A DNA stretch of 63,120 bases, counting the filler, from Octopus bimaculoides (lineage: Eukaryota): the NCBI RefSeq assembly GCF_001194135.2. It is 4 parts of 4 records of this genome, joined end to end, with 100 filler letters (N's around TTAATTAATTAA, not from the genome) between each part and the next. Parts side by side here need not be neighbours in the genome. Positions count along the whole stretch, not along the records: positions 1 to 27,872 come from NC_069000.1; 3 more parts are not named here. One strand, written 5' to 3'. Positions 12,801 through 23,073 of this stretch are shown piece by piece. The notes under the pieces were generated by a model that did no database searches, was not told where the DNA came from, and saw only the letters and a program-made list of their open reading frames with translations. Position 1 is the stretch's first letter. Every line of letters starts with the position of its first letter. Both the position numbers and the translations under genes were made by a program.

Positions 12801-13139
12801 CAATCTGCAGTGCATTTTCAGCTTCTTTAATAACCCAGAAAAGTTTGGGTATCTCTTAGTTTTAATTCTTTATTTTAGAGGAAATAAGTCTCTACATGGT
12901 TGCTGAATCTGTTAGAAATAACAGCCAAATTTCTCTCAAGTCGGTATCTTACTATCTTAAAAAGAGGACACTTTGGACAATGTAATCCTAGATACATTGT
13001 CCAAAAATAAGATGGGATTGTCTTGAATGGAGCACCTTTGTTCATGGGACTGCTTAATCAGGTTTGACTTAGGGCTAAACAATGAAAAAGAATTCTTTAT
13101 TCAAATGCTCTTTTTTTCCTTTTTTGTTTTTTCATTTAG

Positions 13140-13632
13140 ATAAAGTTTGCTCGTAAAACAATGGAAGCAGCTGAAAAAAGAAAGAAAGACATTGAGCAGC
13201 AGAAACGAGTGGCTTCTGTACATGAAGAGGACGAGTTGAAGCTGGAGTTACAGGAAATCCCTTTAGCAAATGAATCTGAAATTCAGGAAAATGCTACAGA
13301 TGAACAGTTGGTAAAGAACAAACAGAAAACTGGTGAAGTTACTGTCAGTTTTGCTGAACCTGTGGTAGTTGATAGTGATGACAAGCAGTTAACCGAAAAC
13401 CAAGAAACAGTAGATGAAGCTGTAATCAACCATGTTGAATTAACCACTGATAGTGATGAGAAACAGCCTTTGCATTCACAGGAAGAGCAGACAATAACAA
13501 CAGCAGATGAAAACGTGGTCAACCATATTGCTGTTGATTCTACTACAGTGACTACACAAGTAATCGTAGAAAATCAAAATTCGATTGACAACTCGACAAA
13601 AGCTGAAGTCGCATGTGTTGGTATCTCACAAC
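13140..13632 (+). CDS. RALBP1: RALBP1 exon: end of Ral-binding helix plus acidic low-complexity insert
   Basis: Long polypyrimidine tract and tttAG|ATA AAG TTT GCT CGT (IKFARK, cf. human LREAKR). Open for 493 nt, in frame with ORF 13161-13715. Donor C|GTAAGT. Phase 0 to 1. Confidence 0.85.
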
Positions 13633-14000
13633 GTAAGTTGAGATATTTGGTTATTATTATAGGTGAAACTAAAACCTTTGCAGTGGCATCTTTCTTTCTT
13701 TTTGCATATTTTTGAGGTGTTGCAGATAATTGACTGAGTAGGAGGTGAGGAAAGAAGGGAAATTTGAGGGAGCGCTAATGTTGGTTTCAAATTTTGGCAC
13801 AAGGCCAGTAATTTCAGGGGAGAGATTAAGTCACTTACATTGACCCCCAGTGTTCAACTGGTATTTATTTTAGCAACCTCAAAATGGAAGAAAGGCAAAG
13901 TTGACCTTGGTAGAATTTGTATGTGTTCATATATAAATAGATATATGTAGGTATGTTCTATTTTACTCATATGTCTGCATCTTATTATATTTATTTTCTA

Positions 14001-14335
14001 GTTAATGTTGTCTATGCTGGCATAGGTTGGACGGTTTGACTGGGTTGGCACACTGGGAGGCCGCACCAGATTCCAATCTGATTTTGCATGGTTTTCTACG
14101 GTTAAATGCTCTTCTTAATGCCAACCACTCCGAGAGTGTAATGGGTGCTTTTACATGCCACCGGCATGGGTGCCATTTGCATGACACCAGGGTGTGTTTA
14201 CATGCCACCGGCACAGGTGCTAATTTGTGTGACATTGGTATCTGCCATGACTGCGATTTTGCGCGGCTTGATGGGTCTTTTTCTCAAGCACAATATAATG
14301 CCAAGGTCTTGGTTATTGCCTCTGTGAGGCCCAAC
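14001..14335 (-). mobile_element. RTE 3' end fragment
   Basis: Reverse complement matches the ORF2 end (ggcctcacagaggcaat) and 3' UTR/tail of the element at 925-3586. Confidence 0.75.
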
Positions 14336-14503
14336 AGTCAAAGGGAATTTGGCCACTTTGCCTCCATGAGGCCAAATGCCTGAAAGGAACTCAGCCACTT
14401 TGCCTCCATGAGGCCGAACACTTGAAAGGAACTCAGCCACTTTGCCTCCATGAGGCCCAACACTTGAAAGGAACTCAGCCACTTTGCCTCCATGAGGCCC
14501 AAC
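14322..14503. repeat. 42-bp minisatellite, about 4 copies
   Basis: Unit tgaaaggaactcagccactttgcctccatgaggcc(c/g)aacact. Gives the 14-aa periodicity AEFLSSVRPHGGKV in ORF 14198-14482. Confidence 0.9.
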
Positions 14504-14767
14504 TTGATCATTATTGTATTATCTATTTCTGTTTTTTTTTATAAAAAGTTAGAATGTATGTAAGAAGTGTATATATGTGAATATACAAATAGATATATGC
14601 ATGTATTTATTTTTTTTATTTTGCTTTCTTTTATTTTTGTCTTTAGCAATAGTATTCTATTTAGAAATAGTACAAGAAGTATATATGTATGCATAGATAT
14701 ATGTATACATGTTTCATTTTACTTTATACTATCTCTTTTTGGGCTCTATAAAAGTTATTAGAATGTA

Positions 14768-15182
14768 TCATCATCATCATCATCATCATCATCGTTTAAC
14801 GTCCGCTTTCCATGCTAGCATGGGTTGGACGATTTGACTGAGGACTGGTGAAACCGGATGGCAACACCAGGCTCCAATCTAATTTGGCAGAGTTTCTACA
14901 GCTGGATGCCCTTCCTAATGCCAACCACTCAGAGAGTGTAGTGGGTGCTTTTACGTGTCACCCGCACGAAAACGGCCACGCTCGAAATGGTGTCTTTTAT
15001 GTGCCACCTGCACAAGCCAGTCCAGGGGGCACTGGCAACGATCTCACTCGAAAATCCTACGGGAGCCAGTCAGGCGGTACTGGCAACGGCCACGCTCAAA
15101 ATGGTGTATCTCATGTGCCACCCGCACAAGAGCCAGTCCAGGGGCACTGGCAACGATCTTACTTGGCTTGCCGGGTCAGTAA
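14768..15182 (-). mobile_element. RTE 3' UTR/tail copy (young)
   Basis: (TCA)n cgtttaacgtccgctttccatgctagc..., nearly identical to 30225-30424. Confidence 0.85.
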
Positions 15183-15383
15183 GAAATATATATATGTGCA
15201 TGTATAAATGGTTACACGTGTATATGTAAATGTGGGGTATATAAAAATAAAACTATACACTCTACTTTATATGTGGGTTAGACTTTTAACCCACCTTATA
15301 TAATATTGATATAAACTATAAAAATAGTAAGAATATTAGTAAGAAGCATACATGTATGTATATATATAAATATATATATATAT

Positions 15384-16693
15384 TGTTACGAACGCCCGCA
15401 CGCGAAGCACCTCCTTAAACACCGAAGGGGGGACTCGCTCACGTGCGAATGTTCAACACTCAGTGAGCCAGCAAAATTCGTCTGTCGGTACAATCCTGAC
15501 CGATAATAAAGCCCCGGCTGGAGCACGTAACGAAGAACAACACAGGCAAATAGGACGGGGAGGAAGAAACAACACGAAGACCATGCGTTGGGTAACCTTT
15601 TCTTTTTGTCGTACATAACATCACAGAATACATTTAAAACATTAGAATAGAGCATTACATAATAACAATTCCAATACATGGCATGACAGTTCNNNNNNNN
15701 NNNNNNNNNNNNNNNNNNNNNNNNNNNNNNNNNNNNNNNNNNNNNNNNNNNNNNNNNNNNNNNNNNNNNNNNNNNNNNNNNNNNNNNNNNNNNNNNNNNN
15801 NNNNNNNNNNNNNNNNNNNNNNNNNNNNNNNNNNNNNNNNNNNNNNNNNNNNNNNNNNNNNNNNNNNNNNNNNNNNNNNNNNNNNNNNNNNNNNNNNNNN
15901 NNNNNNNNNNNNNNNNNNNNNNNNNNNNNNNNNNNNNNNNNNNNNNNNNNNNNNNNNNNNNNNNNNNNNNNNNNNNNNNNNNNNNNNNNNNNNNNNNNNN
16001 NNNNNNNNNNNNNNNNNNNNNNNNNNNNNNNNNNNNNNNNNNNNNNNNNNNNNNNNNNNNNNNNNNNNNNNNNNNNNNNNNNNNNNNNNNNNNNNNNNNN
16101 NNNNNNNNNNNNNNNNNNNNNNNNNNNNNNNNNNNNNNNNNNNNNNNNNNNNNNNNNNNNNNNNNNNNNNNNNNNNNNNNNNNNNNNNNNNNNNNNNNNN
16201 NNNNNNNNNNNNNNNNNNNNNNNNNNNNNNNNNNNNNNNNNNNNNNNNNNNNNNNNNNNNNNNNNNNNNNNNNNNNNNNNNNNNNNNNNNNNNNNNNNNN
16301 NNNNNNNNNNNNNNNNNNNNNNNNNNNNNNNNNNNNNNNNNNNNNNNNNNNNNNNNNNNNNNNNNNNNNNNGCTACCAGAACTCCACTGACCAAATTCTC
16401 TGCTAACTGCTTTTGCCGCCAATTCTCGTTCTCCTATTCATCCCAAATACAATAGCTCATTGTGCTACTTTACCCCCTGCCAAGATGGGTCAGTCGGTAC
16501 ATTCCTATCCTGCCGTTTTTGAACTTTCGCTGACCGAAAAGGGGCAGCTACGCTAAAAATAGCTGTGGTTGGCGACGAGACAAAGGAAATACCATTCTCC
16601 CCAACTGACCAGAGTACAGGTTCAAAACCCAGCCCGGGAGATAGGGATATAATGCTAATTGTATTGTCGGTCGTCGCATCAATATATATAACA
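15384..16693. mobile_element. Probable solo LTR (spans gap 15693-16371)
   Basis: Starts TGTTA and ends TAACA (inverted termini). CpG-rich and non-coding, inserted at a (TA)n edge. TSD imperfect (atat/attt). Confidence 0.6.
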
Positions 16694-18680
16694 ATTTAGC
16701 TAGGTGCAAAATTCACTGAAGAGATATTAAATATTGATTTTTTTCGTCAAATACTTAAGCAGTTATGTCTATCTGATGAAGCATCATTACATATTTAAAT
16801 GGATTTGATTATTCTTGAAAAACTCAATGAAGCAGAAACAGCTGTAATTTATGAGATGTGTCATTTGTTTGTATAAAATATTTAAATTGAATTGAATTTA
16901 TAATTGTTCAATTTATTGTTTTGTTTCCATTTCATATTTATGTTTATATATTAATAAACTGTATGTTTATTTTTATTTACCTATTGGAATAACATTGTTA
17001 TTGATGTAGGTATTATAAACTAGTAAATTCTTTAGATATTTAGTATCCCTTAGGTGAATTTTACACCTTGCAAATTGTTATTTTGAAATAATTATGATTA
17101 TTTACTTGTTACTTTAGTATCAGTAAATATATCTGTCTTCTATGGAATAATACTGGATAATGGAAAATATAACAATTGACACATCTCTGAAAGACATACC
17201 AATACTACCAAAAAAATGCTTATATGAAAGAGCTGATTGCCAAAATAACAGACTTCACATATAGACTAAGATGGAGAACTTTTTATTATCATAAAGACCA
17301 AATGATACCTCTAATAACAATAAGGATATTAGCATGGATTTTACTGCTGGAGTATTTAAAACCAGGAAGACACCATTACATAATAACTATCTAGAAACAT
17401 TTGAACAAGAACTATGGACTCTAATCAAAAACTTAAAATTTAAGAAACACCCATTGCGGAATAACCAACACCAAAGGAAACTAAAAAGATTAGCACATGA
17501 ACTGAAAAATATTAAAGGAGTTATTGTTAATTCAGATAAAACAAGAAACTTATATCACATGGATATTCATTTATACCATAAATTATTGTACAAAGAAATT
17601 ACAAAAAATACAAGATAGTTTCTAATAGCACCCTTAGACAGATTAATCTAGAGACTAAAAAAAATTGTGGAAAATTATAATGTAGATGATAAAACAAAAT
17701 CATTATTACCCATTAGACCACGGATTACAATTAAGGACCATAAGAAGAATTTTCATATTGATACAAAGGTTAGATTAATCTGTCCTAATAAACCTGATTT
17801 ATGTAAACTTAGCAAGATAATTTTAGGTAAATATATACCAATCTTAAAATATAAGATCAGACTACAATTATGGTCAAACACTCAATATTATTAAATGGTT
17901 CTCTAATATAAGTAATAAATATAAACATAAATTCCTACAAATAGATATTGACAATTATTACTCTAGTATAAACCCTACTTTATTAAATAGCGCCTTGATA
18001 TTTGCCAAGAAATATACAGCTATTAACATGAAGGAAATCAATGTATTTTTAACAGCCTGCAAATCAGTTATAAATTTTGATAAGTTAAGGGCAAGAAAAG
18101 ATACTCCTAACAGTTTTGGCATTTCTATGAGAGTGCCAGATTCCACGCAAATAACTGACACAATTGGAGTATATTTATTGGTAAATATACAAGACAAATT
18201 CCCAGAGCTAATGGGGGGACTTTATAAAGATGATGCACTACTTATAGTTAAGAATACGTCTAGTAGGTGCCTAGAATTCATAAAGAAACGATTATATAAA
18301 TTTTTTTAATGATTTGGTCTATCTATAACTATAGAAAAAGACGATCATTCAATTACTTACTTAGATATGAACTGTAATTTATTATCTGGAATACATGAAC
18401 CATATATGACACCAAATTATAAATTAAAATATATAAATTATCAAAGCAATCACCCACCTTCAGTGAAAAAAGCATTAGTATATGATATTAGAAAGTGAAT
18501 TTCATATTTATCTTATAATAAAGATATATCTAATAGACATAAAGACCAATATGATTTAGCTTTAAGTAAAGCAGGATATAAGAATAAATTAAAATATATT
18601 AAAGATAATATAAATAAAATGAGTAAATTTGAAAATAGGAATAATAATGTAAAAACTAATGATAATAATAAAAATCATAG
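16694..18680 (+). mobile_element. Penelope-like element, Naiad-type RT, degenerate (ORF from 17160)
   Basis: SLKDIP, LIAKITDFTYRLRWRTFY, SDKTRNLY, KVRLICPNK, FLQIDIDNYYSSI, GGLYKDDALLIV, SITIE, YLDM, YINYQSNHPP: the PLE RT-thumb motif order. Several frameshifts. GIY-YIG not seen (gap 18681-18780). Confidence 0.8.
16765..16855 (+). ncRNA. Degenerate hammerhead-like motif in the PLE upstream region
   Basis: CUGAUGA 16773-16779, gcatcatt/aatgaagc 7 of 8 pairs, GAAA 16835-16838, palindrome acagctgt, GUA. Stem I pairs poorly. Confidence 0.4.
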
Positions 18681-19858
18681 NNNNNNNNNNNNNNNNNNNN
18701 NNNNNNNNNNNNNNNNNNNNNNNNNNNNNNNNNNNNNNNNNNNNNNNNNNNNNNNNNNNNNNNNNNNNNNNNNNNNNNNNATATTTATATATTTATTTGT
18801 ATATTTTTAGTTTGGGACATCTGACAGTCTGGTGTCCTTTTTAAATATAGTTGATACTTGAATTGCTTATGATTGTTATGAATGACATTTTCCATTAGCA
18901 AACCTTCATGATATATTTTTGCTCATTCACTAGAAACATATTCTGAAGTTGGGAAAACACTCCCTACTTAACTATGAAAAGAAATTGTTTAAAATTAAAG
19001 CTAACATAACACTCTAACCTCCTAAGGACTCTCTCTCAAAACACAACTGAAGAGTATATTTAGAGATAACTTCACTGTACAGTACAGTGTATTGGCATAA
19101 AGAAGAGAAAGGTAAATATATGCTCTACAAATTATGTTTTGAGAGAGGGTCCTGGGAGATGTGATTCAGATGTTTAGGAGTTAGTGTATGATATAAGATT
19201 TATTTTTAAGCATTTTCATCTTTGTATTATGGAATGGAGAATTTTCACTGACATGATATATTTTTTTGAATAAACAAAGGTGTCTCATGAAGGATTGACA
19301 GTGAAAAAATTACCCTAAATTATTATCATTGTAAAAGCTAAGTTAGATTTTGAATAAATGAAATTAGTTATAGGATGATAAAATGAATTAGAATTGTATA
19401 AAGAAAATCTTAGTAAATGACGTTTTTGTCAATGAGGAAAGCTAATGCTTTACTGAAAAGAAACAATGTAGTTATACAGTTGTGCTCCTGTGTCAGCAAC
19501 ATAAATCTGCCTCTGACAAATTTCAGCTGAGAAGGGTAATTTTTAGAGATAATTTAATGGTGTTGGAGGTTATATTTCAAAATTTGTTTATAGTGATACT
19601 TTGGATGCCTTAGTTTGCTTTGTGCAAATTGATCACATGTTGGGGAAGTATTTCCAAATTATTACATCTTTGCATCTCAAAATAGCCATTACTTTTGTCA
19701 AACATGTCCTTTTGACTGGCAGTGTGGAAGTTGTTCTTATGAAGCTAGAGTCTTGGTGTAAGAAAATTATATTTACTGAGAACATAGACCTATGAATCAG
19801 TATACTTGTCACATATTTTAACATGAATAAATAATATATTTCTTTTGTTTCTTTATAG

Positions 19859-20119
19859 AAAACACTATTGATGCAACAACAACAGTGCAGCAAAATGAGG
19901 TTACAGGAGAGAATTTTGATAGCTTCAAAGAAGAAACAGAAAAGGGAGATGTGGTTGATACCAGTGAGACATTACCCATCAGCCAGCACTGTTTACAAAA
20001 TACAACTGTTGAAGATATGTTATCTCAGGCTATAGAGAAAAGCAGAGCTGATTTTCAGGGTGATGTTGAAGTTCATGTTCCTGCTGAAATTCAAGCAATA
20101 CAACCTGTTGTATTCAATG
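19859..20119 (+). CDS. RALBP1: RALBP1 exon: acidic insert, symmetric phase 1-1
   Basis: ttctttatAG|AA acceptor, 261 nt open (NTIDATTTVQQNEVTGENFDSFKEE...QPVVFN), donor G|GTATCT. Phases fit both neighbours. No recognisable homology of its own. Confidence 0.7.
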
Positions 20120-20144
20120 GTATCTATGTAACTATATATAACAC

Positions 20145-20197
<53 letters not shown>

Positions 20198-20647
20198 CAC
20201 CTTTGCATATATATATGTATATATTATATAGACCTTTGCATATATATATTATATACCTTTACACATCTAAGTATATATTATATACCTTTGTACATTTATA
20301 TTTAACACACATGTGTACACTCAAATGTGGAAAGACCTTTGTTGCAGTAATTGCCTTGGAGGCAAAATTCTCTTTATATGTTGTCTGAGAATTTCCCTTA
20401 TATGACTGTGATGTTTATTTTCAATTATCATGCACTATCAAGGCAAGGAGACATAAACACACACCTGCATGCCCATGCATATGCACTCAATAATCGGCTT
20501 CTTTCAGTTTCCACCTACCAAATCCACTCAAGCATGTTTTGGTTGGCCCAGATCTATAGTAGGAAACATCTAGCCTTGGTGATTGAATACAAAACTGTTT
20601 ATTTGGGAAGCAAACTTCTTAACTATACAGCCATACCTACTCTCACA

Positions 20648-21394
20648 AACATTGTGCATACTAGACAGAGTGTAAGTACCTTGAGAGAAAAGTTGAACCT
20701 AAGAAGCATCAGTTATGGTGTGCAAGAGAGACGATTGTGCTGGTATGGTCATGTGGCGAGAATGGATGAGGATAGCTGTGTGAAAAAGTGCCTCACCCTA
20801 GCAGTTGAGGGAACCTGTAGAAGAGGTAGGCCCAGGAAGACCTGGAATGAAGTGGTGAGGTATGACCTCCGAACATTGGGCCTCACCGAGGCAATGACTT
20901 CTGACCTAGAAAATATGCTGTGCGTGAGAAGACTCGGCAAGCCAAGTGAGACCAAAATCCAAGGCCTCTGCCAGCCCACTTATGCGTACCTTTCCTTCAT
21001 TGGACATTAAACTCCGCTTGCGAAGACCTGTTGAGGCAAGTGAAATCGAAATCAAACTAAATTCGATGACTGGCACCCATGCCAATGTTGTCTCTTTCAT
21101 TGGACACTAAACTCGGCCTGTGAAGACCTGTTGGGGCAAGCGAAAGCGAAATCGTGATGGCACCTGTGCCCAGCGTCGCCTTTCTGGCACGTGTCGAGAC
21201 ATTCGAGCAAGATCGTTGCCAGTGCTGCTGGACTGGCTCCTGTGCAGGTGGTACGTAAAATACACCTTTTTGAGCGTGGCCATTGCCATTACTGCCTGAC
21301 TGGCCTTCGTGCCAGTGGCACGTAAAAGCACACACTACACTCTCGGAGTGGTTGGCGTTAGGAAGGGCATCCAACTGTAGAAACTCTGCCGAAT
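20648..21394 (+). mobile_element. RTE LINE 3' portion
   Basis: RQSVSTLREKLNLRSISYGVQERRLCWYGHVARM...GRPRKTW followed by 3' UTR repeats; runs into a gap. Confidence 0.9.
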
Positions 21395-21517
21395 NNNNNN
21401 NNNNNNNNNNNNNNNNNNNNNNNNNNNNNNNNNNNNNNNNNNNNNNNNNNNNNNNNNNNNNNNNNNNNNNNNNNNNNNNNNNNNNNNNNNNNNNNNNNNN
21501 NNNNNNNNNNNNNNNNN

Positions 21518-21560
<43 letters not shown>

Positions 21561-22010
21561 AAAGATGCAAAATCATCACAAAAATATCCCAAAAAACTGC
21601 TACTACTTTTGTGATATTTTTGTAGCTTTAATAATAAAGTATATTACTCTGCCTCCAGTATTTGAGTACTATTTTTTGCCACCTTGTTTCACATTTATGT
21701 GCTTACTCTGGTGTGTGTGTATATATATATATAGCTTCCATTTATCTCCTGGTCCAGGGGAGATGACCCGTCCTCAATAAGGTTTTTCTCTGATTGCCAT
21801 TTAAATTTTCTGCTTATTCCTTTTTCATGCTTCTCTTCTCATTTTTGAAACTTATTATATATAAGACCTGTGAAACCGAGTGAAATTGTAGTCAAAGCCA
21901 ATGCCAAACCGTCTGACTGGCATCGATGCTGGTGGCATGTAAAAAGCACCATTGGGTGTCATGGAGGCAGTGATAGGTGACCGAGACATTCTGTGATATA
22001 CAAGCACAGT

Positions 22011-22395
22011 GTTGTTGGCACTCCGTTGCTTATGACGTCGAGAGTTCCAGTTGATCTGATCAATGGAACAGCCTGCTCGTGAAATTAACATGCAAGTGGC
22101 TGAGCACTCCACAGACACGTGTACCCTTAACGTAGTTCTCGGGGATATTCAGCGTGACACAGTGTGACAAGGCCGGCCCTTTGAAATACAGGTACAACAG
22201 AAACAGGAAGAAAGAGTGAGAGAAAGTTGTGGGGAAAGAGTACAGCAGGGTTCGCCACCATCCCCTGCCGGAGCCTCGTGGAGCTTTAGGTGTTTTTGCT
22301 CAATAAACACTCACAACGCCCGGTCTGGGAATCGAAACAGCGATCCTATGACCGCGAGTCCGCTACCCTAACCACTGGGCCATTGCGCCTCCACA
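22011..22395 (-). mobile_element. tRNA-derived SINE (family C), young CpG-rich copy
   Basis: Head ggcgcaatggcccagtggttagggtagcggactcgcggtc...ttcgattccc with A/B boxes. 11-bp direct repeats acaagcacagt at 22000-22010 and 22438-22448. Confidence 0.85.
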
Positions 22396-22983
22396 CAAGA
22401 TATTTGGGGAGGTGCCTTTGAGTCACATCTTCATCTGACAAGCACAGTATATCACAGAATATAAACAGAAAATTTACACACAAGACATGGACATGCTCTT
22501 TCCTCATAAGTTATCATTAAAAAAAAAATCAATGATAATTTCATGCCTTAAATGATAGTATTGTTTGTTTTTGGTGGCATCAACAGTGATTAGATGCTAC
22601 AAATAATGAATGATCATTGATGATTGATGAAAATAAATACAATTATGACACTGATAGAAATGTAAATAAACACCTGTGTCAGTGGCACATAAAACGCACC
22701 CACTACACTCTTGGAGTGGTTGGTATTAGGAAGGGCATCCAACTGTAGAAACCTTGCCAAATCATTTTGGAACCTGATGCAGCTCTCTGGCTTACCAGTT
22801 TTCAGTCAAATTGTCCAACTCATGCCAACATGTAAAACGGATGTTAAATGATGATTATATTGATATTAATATGAAACTTTCATTCTAAGTTTTATTTTAA
22901 TTTTTTTAATTTTGTCAAAATTTTCAACTTTGTTTCTTTTCCTTTTTTACATCCTATTTATCTTTCAAAATCTTTATAACTAG

Positions 22984-23073
22984 ATTGCAAATACATTGAG
23001 GATGAAGAACTGCTACGTCTTTTAGAAGAAGAAGAAGCTCTAAAACTAGAGGAGGAGGAATTAATTGCTATTG
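22984..23073 (+). CDS. RALBP1: RALBP1 exon: start of C-terminal coiled coil
   Basis: actAG|AT acceptor. Translates CKYIEDEELLRLLEEEEALKLEEEELIAI (human NEEVINILLAQENEILTEQEELLAM). Donor G|GTAAAT. 90 nt, phase 1-1. Confidence 0.85.

Noticed and set aside
13161-13715. Stand-alone 184-aa single-exon gene
   Set aside because: Bounded by an acceptor at 13140 and a GTAAGT donor at 13633, in phase with RALBP1 exons. It is an internal exon.
14322-14503. CRISPR-like array
   Set aside because: Contiguous tandem units without unique spacers, in a eukaryotic retroelement context.
15642-16422. Long ORFs full of X (also 6201-6600, 30287-31267, 31761-32237, 48286-49244, 49780-50372, 59322-60143, 61315-62371)
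   Set aside because: Open only because they run through N gaps.
18496-18498. In-frame TGA as selenocysteine in the Naiad-type PLE
   Set aside because: The position corresponds to a conserved Arg (K-R-I-S), so CGA to TGA decay is simpler. The copy has other frameshifts and no SECIS was identified.
20020-20208. ORFs with IYIYIY, HTHTHT, poly-L/V/C/W runs
   Set aside because: Translations of (TA)n, (CA)n, (GTT)n and (GGT)n microsatellites.
22320-22395. tRNA gene
   Set aside because: The tRNA-like head continues into a ~310-bp body with TSDs. It is a SINE, as are the other A/B-box-containing repeats.
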